From Takakia lepidozioides (Eukaryota; Plantae; Bryophyta): a stretch of DNA of 64,000 nt. Below are positions 34,268 to 53,489 of this stretch, piece after piece. The position numbers were made by a program, and so were the translations under genes. Location of the stretch: positions 46,872,001 through 46,936,000 of the forward strand of contig CM060733.1 in the NCBI GenBank assembly GCA_030704615.1, written 5' to 3'. The notes beneath the pieces are model-generated. The model ran no database searches and was not told the DNA's origin. It saw only the letters and a program-made list of their open reading frames with translations. Numbering within the stretch: the stretch's first letter is position 1; every line of letters starts with the position of its first letter.

Positions 34268-35256
34268 TCTGGTTTAGGTTCCAGTTATATAAATAATTTA
34301 AAAACAGTTTTTATTTTCCTGGTCAGGGATGTAGAATCATCCATCTTGACTGGTTTGGAGATGCATTTTACATGCATCCTCTATTGGGGTAAGTTATTAG
34401 GGCCAACAAACATACTGGAGACTCTTAAGTGTTTTCCTGTAACAAAATTTAGCTTAAATGTAGAGAGGTCAACCGTGTAGCTATATTGAGATGTGAGAAG
34501 GGTGGACTACGTAAGCACTGATCTCACTGCACTCTGCTGAGAGCCTTTGTTGGTCAACAATTTGCTGACTTGACCCGCCGTATATGAAAGAAGGGCACAA
34601 GTCAGAGATCAGCAGTCGTGAGCTTGCCATGTTTCGCTTCCAATCTTCTCAATCCTCTTCAGCTTTGATCGAACACGTCAAGCCTGTTTGGACACCCCAT
34701 CATTCGCTATTTTCAGTGTTTACAACCGTTACATGGAGTCGGCGGCAACCACCGTCACCCTCCGTTCGTCGCTTTTGTCAACTGATCAGCAGCTTCCTGG
34801 CACTCGCAATTGATACTATGGGAGCAGTGTCCATGTGCTGCGCGCAAATTACCACACCAAATGCAAGAGGAACTTATCATACCCGGGTCAATTGATCATC
34901 TGGAGAATTGTTTCCTGGTCAAGTCACATCGTGGTCAGCTCTCAGCTGGATGGCGACCAGTCTAGGCAGCTTGTGTTGGACAACCCACACTTTCTATCTA
35001 GATAAATATCCATCCTCCCGTTGTGATCACCATCTGAGTGTGTCTACAGCTAGTAGCACACGGGATCATCTAGTACTACACACGAATTGAACTCCCTTGT
35101 TGGCTCCCAGACTACCCAAGTTTGTTTGGACACATATCTAGTTAAGTTCATCAGTTGCAGCTACGTAGAATTGAACAGGTTCTGATCTAGACTCTCTCAA
35201 ATCACCGTGGACGCTAGACTAGATATCTAATCGCCTCTCTCCCACAGTACACCAGT

Positions 35257-38123
35257 ATGGACAGCAGCATGACGCCGATGCAGCTGTGCGCCGAGGGCGA
35301 CGACGAGGCCACTTCTGTATGCACAGAGCTGCGTCTCACGGATCCCTTAAACTGGGGCCGGGCCGCCGAAGCTCTACGGGGCAACCACCTCGACGAGGTC
35401 AAGGCTATGGTGAAAACATTCTACGAGGACAAGGAAGTAGCCATCGAGGGTGTAACTTTAACAGTGGCCCAAGTTGCAGCAGTTGCGCGCAGGCCGGAAG
35501 TGAGAGTGATGCTTGACGCTGCGAATGCTAAAAGTCGAGTGGATGAGAGCTCCAACTGGGTTCTCCGCAAGATCATGAACGGTGGAGACATCTATGGGGT
35601 TACAACAGGTTTTGGAGCCACGTCCCATCGTCGTACCCAGCAGGGGGTGGAACTCCAGAGAGAGCTCATCAGGTAATTGATGTCGTTGAAACTGTAAGGC
35701 TGGTGATCGAAGAACAGTAGGCGTGCATGTTTTCCAGGGATAAATGACTTGAACCTTATTTTCCAATCGCAGCATTCAATCGACAATGTATATAGCTACT
35801 AGTATGATCACCTGGACCCCTCTCATGTAGGATCTACAAATTTCAGGTTTCTTAATGCGGGAGTCTTGGCAAACATGAATACTACACTGCCAGCCAGCAC
35901 TACACGGGCGGCCATGCTTGTGCGCGCCAACACTTTGATGCAGGGGTACTCAGGCATTCGTTGGGAGATTTTGGAGGCCATGGCAAAGCTTCTCAACGCC
36001 CACGTCACACCCGTTCTTCCACTACGAGGGACCATCACGGCTTCCGGGGACCTTGTTCCCTTGTCCTACATTGCTGGTATGCTGTCATGTCTAGATCCCT
36101 TAATTGTCTCTCTCAAGAATATTTCCATCTGTCAATTGAGCTTCCCGACATCTGATAAGATTGAAATCTAATTTAATAGTAATAAAATGTTTTTTACCTG
36201 GACATTTGCAAATGCTCCAACGATGTGTTGTGATTTCGGGGGCAAATGTGAGGCGATTCTATCTGCAGAGCTTCTAGACTACATGATTAGTTTCCACGGT
36301 GCATCATGCATAAATTTATTACCATCTTACTGATCCTCCGTGGACAATCTTTGTTACAATTTACAGGCCTCCTTACTGCCAGGCCCAATTCCAAAGCTGT
36401 CACGGAGGAGGGAGAGGAGCTTTCAGCCATTGAAGCTCTAAATCGTGCCGGGGTGGAGAAACCCTTTGAGCTGCAGCCAAAAGAAGGCCTGGCTCTAGTT
36501 AACGGAACTGCGGTGGGATCAGCCTTGGCTTCCATCTGTTGTTATGATGCCAATGTCATGGCCCTTCTAGCTGAAGTTCTTTCTGCCCTCTTCTGCGAGG
36601 TGATGCAAGGTAAGCCTGAGTTCTCCGACCCGTTGACACACAAGCTGAAGCATCACCCAGGACAAATGGAGGCAGCAGCCATCATGGAGTGGATTCTTGA
36701 TGGGAGCTCTTACATGAAGGCGGCTGCAAAACTGCATGAGACTGACCCTTTGCAGAAACCCAAGCAAGATCGATATGCACTGCGTACCTCCCCACAATGG
36801 CTTGGCCCACAGGTGTCAATCTCAGCCAACCAAGGATTTTATATGTACTACATGTATATGCATCTGATGATCTTGACATGTTTTCTTCTCAAAGACAACT
36901 TCCTGATATTCTGATGCATGCCAGCACTTCGAAATTACAGTATTGATCAATTGATGAATTATTGAAGTCTCAGAACGACAAACTACTGTATGCTTGCTCC
37001 TATCATGTGCTTATGAATTGACGTTAACCAGTTGCACATGATCGCTTGATTTCAGGTGGAAGTCATTCGCAATGCAACTGCTTCAATCCAGAGGGAAATT
37101 AACTCTGTGAATGACAACCCGATCATCGATGCTGCTGGGAACAGAGCACTTCATGGTGGGAACTTCCAAGGAACACCCATAGGAGTTGCTATGGATAACT
37201 TGCGCTTATCCATCGCAGCGATAGGAAAGCTCATGTTTGCACAGTTTTCTGAGCTTGTCAATGACTACTACAACAACGGCCTGCCCTCAAACCTAAGCGG
37301 AGGGCCTAACCCAAGTTTGGACTATGGGATGAAGGGAGGAGAGATAGCCATGGCTTCCTACCTCTCGGAGATGAATTTCCTGGCCAACCCGGTGACCACT
37401 CATGTACAAAGTGCTGAGCAGCACAATCAGGATGTGAATTCACTGGGATTAGTATCTGCTAGAAAGACAGAGGAAGCTCTTCAGATTCTGAAGCTAATGA
37501 GTGCCACTTTTCTAGTGGGTCTGTGCCAAGCCATCGACCTTCGACACATCGAGGAGACAATGCAGACAACAGTTAAGAAAATTGTTTCCCAGGTGGCCAA
37601 GAAGACGCTTTTCACCGGCAGTGATGGTGCACTTTTGCCATCACGCTTCTGCGAGAAGGACCTCCTGCGTGTAGTGGATCGCCAGCTTGTTTTCAGCTAC
37701 ATCGACGATGCATCTAACAACAGCTACCCACTCATGCAGAAGCTAAGGGAAGTCTTGGCGGGTAGTGCTATCCAAAATCCCAAGAATGAGAAGATGGAAT
37801 CCACCTCTGTGTTTGCAAGAATTTCCATTTTTGAAGAGGAGTTGCAGGCACGCCTCAACACAGCGGTTCCCCTCGTCCGCGAAGCCTATGATAATAAAGG
37901 GTACTCTCCAGTACCGAACCGGATTGAAGGCTGCAGAACGTACCCTCTCTACCAGTTCGTAAGGTCCGACCTCCGAACACAGCTGCTGTCAGGCTTGCGG
38001 ACTGTGTCGCCTGGCCAAGAGATTGAGAAGGTGTTTGATGCCATCACAGAGGGCAAGCTCGTTGCTCCTCTACTCAAGTGCGTTGAAGGCTGGACTGGGG
38101 CTCCCGGACCTTTCGCCCAATGA
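35257..38123 (+). CDS. PAL: Phenylalanine ammonia-lyase, about 719 aa; exons 35257-35672, 35847-36076, 36367-36812, 37056-38123
   Basis: [25 protein letters not shown]|FLNAG (Phe at the specificity position), [16 protein letters not shown] (MIO motif), [43 protein letters not shown]. Confidence 0.97.
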
Positions 38124-39344
38124 CAATATTGACCCTGCAAATAATAAAATCTACCACGTACATGCACAGAGATTTTTAGAGCTCTCCGGAGGCCCCTTTT
38201 CACCACCTGGGCCGTCTAAAGAAACACCGACACACCCTGAAGGGGATTGAGCCCATGTTTCAAAATTTTCAGCCAGGCTACATATATTCCAAACTCGCTA
38301 GTGTACAGGTGATCTTGATTACCTCATAGATCAGATCCCACCTGGGATCGATCTTCTTACTTGTGCTCCCTCATATTTCATCCTAGTGCTGGCCAAGTCT
38401 CGGCCTGCAAGTAACCTGCTGCAGGTATATATGAAAAACTCTATATATATTCTTGATTGATCAGGAGTACTGCACATGCGGTATGATGAACATGTGTGCA
38501 GCTCTTGCTATATATTCCATTTCCTCCATGGAAAGAGCATGGAAAGGGAATCTGCTGATGATAATATATACTCGATTTGAACAAGGATTATAAAATATTA
38601 TGTACACATGATGGTTTATTGCATCGCATGTACAGCACTAGATCACTTGGCGATTGCTGCTGCAGCAGATTAATATAAGATCTACGTCTCCCATTGTCAA
38701 ATAAACAATTCATGATTTTGCAACTTATAATTTGTGGCGCTGTTGCTCCTCTGTTGCTCTCTCCCAACTTGTACACATTTTGTCTTGGAAGCCAATCCAT
38801 AATTGGAACAGTAGTCTCAGCTTGGGCCCCTAGTAGCTGAGCCACTGGGAAAATTTTCCACTATCCTCTGACTTAGTATGAATGGAGGGCTTCCAGCTAT
38901 AGGCAAAGTGGAGTGAGAGGCTTAGTCTCTCCTCTCCTCTCTTTTTCGCTTTTGTCATTTGGGGGTTCCTGAAACTTCAAGGCAGCCTTCGATGGGAGTG
39001 TGAGTTTGCAAAACAGACTTGCTTCAGGCAAACTTGCATAACGGTTCAAGGGTTCCCGACCTTAATCCTGTACAATGAAGAGCTATTCAGCCCTTCTTAT
39101 CCAGAGATTATACAGCTCCTCCTTCACACACTCTGATCGAGGATTGGGATCAGACGGGTAGTGTGAGGGGAGGAAGAGATTCGTGCTTGCACTCTGGCCG
39201 GATCTTGAAATGGATGACATCCAAATCCCCTAGTTTCATCCATGGATGACCTGACAACTGCGGCAGTAGGTGGTCTCACATGGTGCCCGTTACGGAATAC
39301 CAAAAGAGCTATACTGGAAAAGATTCCCATCCTAAGGAAAGATT

Positions 39345-39425
39345 CCAAAAGCCACATGCCAAGATTCAGAAACCACAGGCCAAAAATCCAAAACCACAGG
39401 CCAAAATTCCAAAACCATAGAATAT
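39345..39425 (+). repeat. 21-bp tandem repeat, about 4 degenerate units
   Basis: CCAAAATTCCAAAACCACAGG-like units. Confidence 0.6.
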
Positions 39426-40242
39426 TCTAACATAGCACTAGAAAAAGATTCTTTTATCCCCAAGCCAAAATGCTTTATATCATGGGATGCAATGTATGGG
39501 CTTAGCATCTAACACTCAGCCCACATACGTACATACATCTCCAAAAGTATGTATAATTATACAAAATACATGTATCTCCACCACATGTGCCTTGCAGGGT
39601 CATTTAGTTTTCCCTATCGACTTAGGAGTATTGGCTTTATGAACCAACCAAAGACTGCAATTAATGATCTATCTGTACTTCAATTCTTTTTTGTGTGCAA
39701 GGATTAAAATTAGTTCCTTGCCTGCTCTCTCACATCCAAATAACCGCCATAAATAATTTGATAGTCTAATACTTATTGTAAGTTGTCGTGGACTTACTAG
39801 TTAGAAACTTGGACCACAACCTCGAGGTGGGGTGTTCAATTCGTCTTCACCGCACTCCCTGCAATTAGTTTTGAATATGTTCATCAATTTTGAGATCCCT
39901 ATGGCAGCTATATAAATAATTAGATAGTCAAGATGTTGTCAATAAATTGTTGTGGACTTACTTGATATATGAACCGTATATACCGAGAAAATAGCCCTGG
40001 ACCCTAATGAATCTTTTTGGAGCCTATCCTAGGCTAGAAAGATCCCTAGGCACAGGGAAGAATCTTTACCCGGACTAAGGAATATTCTAGGAATCTAGAT
40101 CAAGAACCCGTTAAACCCGCTATCCGCGGGGCAATGTAGCAGGTCAGGGTCCTGGTCTTAATTTTAGATGGGGCATGCGGGGTCCACCTTAGATCTGGTA
40201 GGTTTTGTCATATGTGTGGACGGGACGAGCAGCAATAGGCCA

Positions 40243-40397
40243 CTGCAGCAGCCAACCCCCCCACGTTGTAGCCCAGTGGTAATGCCCACACACCACCTCA
40301 AAAGCGGTTGTGGGTTCAATCCCGGAGTGGTGTCACAAAGTTGTGCCCTGTGGGACCATAATTTACACCTCCCAAAGGAGGCGTCATATATTATTAT
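40243..40397 (+). mobile_element. tRNA-derived SINE, copy 3 (internally deleted)
   Basis: A box TAGCCCAGTGG (40269-40279), B box GGTTCAATCCC (40313-40323), 3' hairpin ACACCTCC-CAAA-GGAGGCGT, (TAT)n tail, 7-bp TSD TAGGCCA at 40236-40242 and 40398-40404. Confidence 0.85.
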
Positions 40398-41389
40398 TAG
40401 GCCAGATCCCACACATCCATGCTATAGTGATCTACCCTTGAGGCATATTACTATTCTTAACCCTTAAGTTCCCAAGCCCTTTTTTGACTTTTTACCAATT
40501 TTGGGTACCCAGCTGCAGTAAATTGCCCCTAGAAACCTACCAAAAATCATCAGGAGATTCCAGCCTTATAGCAATGGGCCCAGCTCATTTATGCATGACA
40601 TACCAAAAAATGAGCCAAGTCCACCGTGGAAATTGTGAGATTATAGCGTTGGCCCGGACCTCAAATATCAGGTCGCAAAGAAAAAGTGAGAAAGAAATTG
40701 GTTCGACCAAATCAAAACCTAGCTTTATCCAATTTTGCTTGCCCCCAGACCCACCATTTCCAAATCAATAGTGGAGTGGCTATGAAAATGTGCCTCCAAA
40801 TGAAGTACTATTTTTTTTACAAAAATTTTAAAAGCCAATGGTGGATGTGTGTATGTAATGCTCACACACCACATGGTGAAGTGTTTTTTCCAAAATTGTT
40901 AATTTTATGCCAAAAATGGCCTTTGGAGTGCAATCTGTTTTAGGCTTGTTTACCTGCCACGTCAGCGGTCAACAAGCCCTTTTCAGGCCCCAAAACATAA
41001 ATGAGAGATCTAAGATATTTTTTGTAGGTCGTAGCTTTTGTCTTTTTTTTAAATTGTTTTTTGCATCATACTCGAGACAAATCCCTTGTCATTAAAGCTT
41101 CAGGAGTGGGCCCCATCAGATTAGATCTGCAAAAATTAGGTCAAACTGCAAATTCAAAGTGACCCGATTTAGGTGGCTTGGGAACTTAACATGTTTAAAG
41201 AATTGATATTGAAAAATAGAGAATGGAACTCAAACTTCTTTTTAATTCTTATTCGTGGTATACATATTCATATTCATGGTATATTTTGAAGGAATGTCTC
41301 TTAAAATAAAATTCATTAGTTTTTTCCAGCCAAAAATAATTTTATCCCTAATTAATCTTATTTTTCTAATTTATTTAATCAATAAATTA

Positions 41390-41763
41390 GGACCCACATC
41401 CGAACCAGTGAACCCGCTAATATTTCCCAACAACTACCCGGACCCTAACCCGAGTCCGTGTTGACAAACCCGGACCCGGATTTTCCAAATTTCAAAAACT
41501 CGCCCAGAGTTGGCTCCGGAAAAAAACCTGCACCCGGACCCTGCAGGTTCCCTCAAAAAGGCAGAACCCGCACAACACTGGCCTGGACCTCAGGAACGAT
41601 TCCCATGTCCGGACCCAGCAGGCGGGTCCGGGTCCGGTTCCAGGTTCATTTTAGAAATGAACCCGGGTCAGGGTCAGGGTTTTTTTTGATAGCACGGGTC
41701 CGGGTGACCCGGATCCTAACCCGCCGGGTACCCGCCTTCAAAACCCGGACCCACACAACACTG
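41390..41763. mobile_element. hAT-like non-autonomous element (MITE) remnant(s)
   Basis: CACAACACTG (reverse complement of a CAGTGTTGTG TIR-like end) at 41571-41580 and 41754-41763; dense ACCCGG/CCGGGT subterminal-type motifs; no clear TSD. Confidence 0.45.
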
Positions 41764-42456
41764 GTCCAGGCAGCCTTGCATGCTTGGCCTTTTTGCTATT
41801 CCCTACTTGTAGATATATGTACCATATATAAAATACGTATGTCCTAGGGTTCGACCCTAAGACAAGCACACCAACCATGTCAAAATACCAAAGAGTCGGC
41901 AGATTCGAAACCAGTATGGCTCTGTTGGTATCCCATAGCCCGTCCCGTATACCTTCCGTATGTCTCTGCCAAACGTAAACCACCGTATTGTTAGTGTATT
42001 CTGGTACGTATCCGCAGCCCGCGCTCTCTGGGAACCACAATATTGTCGTTTCGGGAACGTGGGAACGTGGAAACAGGAGAGCGGCCCATTTTGTCTTGCC
42101 ACATTTAAACTTACTAAGTGTTTTACAATAGACGGTGTGGCTGAGTTACAGAATATTAATCCAAAGGCAGAGAAAGAGGCCGCGTGGACGCATCTGAGAA
42201 CTGTGTGAAGACGACAAATAGGTGCCCGTGTTGGCGAGATTCGGTAGCTCTTACCCCTACTACCGCGCCACGATCCGACGGTGGATTTCAAGAAACATCC
42301 AGATCGGACGGTTTTCAGAACTTATCCGCGGTCTTGGGAGGTGGCTGAGGATGAGGCGTACACACTCTCCCATTCTTCTTTTGGTTTCCAGAGAGTGAGA
42401 CAGAGAGAGAGAGAGAGAGGAGAGGGAGGGAGACATCGTGGTTTTGGTGTGGGGAA

Positions 42457-49837
<7,381 letters not shown>

Positions 49838-52324
49838 GAGTGCCAATCATGCAAAGAGAAGGAGAAAAGTGGTTGCCATAAAGGAGAACTTGTAGGCTCA
49901 CAATTGTGCAATATAGCATGAGCCCCATGTCTGAATTCAGACCTTAAACACATTCCGTGCTACCACAGGCTGGTGGGCAACATTTAGACAGGAAGAGAGA
50001 GGGCATTGTGATCTTGACCTGTTTTCTTTCAAGATGAAAGAAATCGAGTGACCCTCCTTTCCCCAGAGAAAAGAGAGATCCCAATGACCTCAATTGCAGT
50101 TCCTTCTGCTCAAATGAGGTGGGCACTAGGGGGCATGTACTTTTAGGAGCAACATGTTAAAGCCTGTGGTGGCTTGCATCTCCAGTGACAAGGGGTTGCC
50201 GTCATAGTGCGCTTATTCAATAACATGTAAGATATTTGACACAATACAGATCCCATATTTTAGATTCTCTTATTGCAGCTGGGTCAGACAGACCTTACAT
50301 TGGTGATGTTCAGATCACATTGTGAGGACATCACTGCAAGAATCTTATTAATTCATCCTTGTCTGCCCTCAAGCAAGTAAAGCCCTAAGGGGTTATTATG
50401 GATACCATCTAGCAGGTGTGTCCGCACGAAGGTTATGTATCTTTGTGGCTTTACAGTTATGTATCTTTGTGGCTTTACAGTTTGATATGAGGAATACATG
50501 ATGATGGTATCTTATCATAACTTGAAAACTAAACATGAGATAAAGTAAGAAGATTCACTCTGACACAAACTCATTCAACATAGAAATGAAAATTAAAGGA
50601 GTTTGACAGCAAGCCCTCAAGAAATGAAGCAAGTAACCCTGATCATTTGTCCCGTAAAATGAAAGTATTTTTGAAAAACAAAATAAAAAAGTGAATCATT
50701 TTTTTTATTTGTTTTTAATTTTTAGGAGAACAGGGGAAGAGCCCTGGATTTAATTTTATTGGAATTATTAAGGGGAAAAAAATTTAAACCCCTGCTGGCA
50801 CAAGGCCGCCATAAGGCCAAAACACACGGCGGACCGTGACGGATACTCCGGAGAACAATAATGAGCTAAGCAAAGCTAAAAGCAAAGCTAAGCTGAGAGC
50901 CTGACTCTGAAAACCAGTATTGCAGGAACAAGTCCTGGAAGAGAAATTCAACCAAGATGCGAGTCAAGGTTAAGATAAACAAGACTAGACCAATGAATGG
51001 GCAGTAGTCTAAGAACCTGGAGATGTAAACATGAATCATGATTCTTGACACAAAGTTTGCATAATCAGATAAATAGTAAGTGGTGACTAGCTCTTTTGAT
51101 GAAGCCTGCCGCCAGCCTTTGTTTGGTAATCAAAATTTGCATTCTGATAGCCTGGCCAGGCTTTTCCCCCAAATGGGCACGCTGGGAGGCCTCTGGCATC
51201 ACCTGTGTTTCCCACATTTGGGAAAATGGGTCTGTGGGGAAAAGAAGAGCTCGTGCTAGCTGGGCCCTCATTACCTCTGAGACTAGCTCGGCTTTGGGGC
51301 ACTCATTGGAGGCTGGCCCTTCCTTTGGTAACCTGCCTGTCGGGTTGTCCACCAGGATTCCCTTTCCATGCTGGATTCCCTTTCCATGCTGCCTTGTTAG
51401 CTTCGCAGGATGATGATATTGCATCAGGTTATGGATTCAGGGCTGCCACATGGGGCTTTCTTTCCTGCACTGGTATCATGTCTCATCCACCTTCCCCTGG
51501 CTGGTCTTTTTTTTCTTCCCACCTTTCTCTGTACAATGACTGATTAGCTAGTGGTCCTGGCAGGGACATAAAAATCCCAACTATCCGACTGGAGTATTTG
51601 GAGGGGACGGTGCAGGACCGGTGCTTCCAAACACACCTACAGAGGCGTGGCATGAGAAGGTGCCATGTTTGCAAGCAGGAGGCAAGTGGAGCTTGTAGAG
51701 AACCATGCCTCTTCTCTGTATATGGAGAGCTCAGGGACAAGCTGCTCCATTTCTTGTTGCAAGAGACTGAGAAGCAAAAGTAGGGGAGAGGCCCAGAGAT
51801 GTGCCGGAGAAGCAGGGGGAGAGACCGATTGACTCTGAGGGACAGGGTCTGGGCTCAACTATTAGCTAATCAATACATCATCTCAATAATAAATTAATGA
51901 AGTACCCAAGATAATATAGCAAAACAACAAACACTAAAATGGAAGGGAAAGGAAAGGAGAGTTAACTTCCAACAGACATAGAGAGCCCACTGCTCTAATA
52001 AGCACGGGCCAAGGGGCCAGTGGACATTGAAGGACTCAACAACTGACCCTCTTTCAACTGGAGAACTACGAGTCAGGGGCATTAACAAACTCTGTTCAGT
52101 TAAGTTCCCTGCTCCTATCCATTGGAGACTGCCAACTTTTAATTAAATCCATGGTCTATTATGTTAGCTTTGTGGGCATGCCTGTACATTGAAGTGGAAG
52201 TTAACGGAAAAGCAACTTGGCAAACATGGCCTAAGCTAAATAAAATCTGCTTGAAATATTCCAGGCACTCATAAACTTGAGACTATACCTTATTCAATCA
52301 CCGAACAAGTTGGATAATGCACAA

Positions 52325-53489
52325 TCATTGTCCACTCACTCTAAGTTGGAAATCGGTAATATTCCAGTCCAAATAGCACACTAAATTCAATGTAAGTGAA
52401 GTATCTCGCCCTGTCAGAGTGGGTGTTAGACACCATGATACAGTGGTTATTTACAGCTCAGAGCTAGCGAGTGCTCTTTCCTCTCTTCCAAACCTGCCTT
52501 TCCCCATTCTCAACCACAGCCTCCATATATCTTTATGTCCATCTAGGACCCTTACCATACCCTGCCCCGCACAAGCGCCTGAAACGGTTGAGCCTATTTC
52601 TACACATTTTGCATACACGTGAATTAATCAGAAGTATAACAACAGGCTACCAAAAATGCAAGGAGTTCAACACAGAGGTCTAGATTGATGGTGTCTGTTC
52701 AATGCAAGGTAAAGCTAACAGCTTGGTAAGCTTGTCTGCATGGTGGAATTGGCTTACCAGATCACCACACTGCCCTCCTCCAGAGGACTCCCGAGGCACA
52801 TCCCTGGTCCTCTAAGTTTTGCAACCTAAGTACACCACACCAGCAGCCATTCTACACAGCAGGAATGCCCCAATGCCGACCAGACAAAGTCCTTGAGACT
52901 TCCATGTGGAGGAGATAGGTGCAACTTGTTCTCGTACCAAAGTTTCCAACCTAATCAAACCACTTGCCACAGTATCAATCTTAATGCCAACCTATTCCCT
53001 CGTACCAAATTGAAGACAAGTAAAAAGAACCAGAAATATACTTAAAACCAAGATGCTCAAGTTGAGCCTTCCCACTGCATCAATGCTATCAACTTGCAAC
53101 CATCCTAGTGGCAAGGTCGTATGTACTTGGAACTCTAATGCATTCCTTGTCATAAAACCCTACACCCGACCGTATCTATCAGATTCAGTCGACAGAAGCC
53201 TGCCGACTTATGAAATTGCTACCAGACAGCTGCCCACTACTTTTGTGTCGAGAAACTGATAAAGGTGCAATAACCTCGCGCTCAGAAAGTAAGCAAAGCA
53301 GCTTGAACTTGACATCTGAACCAGACCTGTCACCAGCATGACCAAAAATCTGGACACAAACATAAATTTCAATAAGCAACCTCTAGCACACACACGCTAC
53401 TCAAATGGCATCTAAAAACACAACTTTGAGGGTTAGGGTTGCAACAATGGCTTCTAGGCTTAGAAAGCCATCTCACATGAGTTTAGGAA
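52325..53489. repeat. Duplicated 3' flank of PHD gene (paralogous to about 61262-62372)
   Basis: Shared blocks such as AAGTTGGA..CGGTAATATTCCAGTCCA.ATAGCACA, CACCATGATACA.TGGTTATTTACAGCTCAGAGCTAGC and ACAGCTTGGTAAGCTTGTC. Confidence 0.9.

Noticed and set aside
40262-40335. tRNA gene
   Set aside because: It has A and B boxes but no convincing cloverleaf, and it continues into a shared body, tail and TSD, so it is a SINE head.
50860-51860. Possible gene or retroelement ORF1/gag remnant on the minus strand (..HGKGILVD..)
   Set aside because: Fragmented with no diagnostic motif; probably a decayed TE but not supportable.
53428-53442. Telomere-like GGGTTAGGGTT (also at about 62313-62345)
   Set aside because: Only 1-2 units within the duplicated 3' flank; not an interstitial telomeric array.
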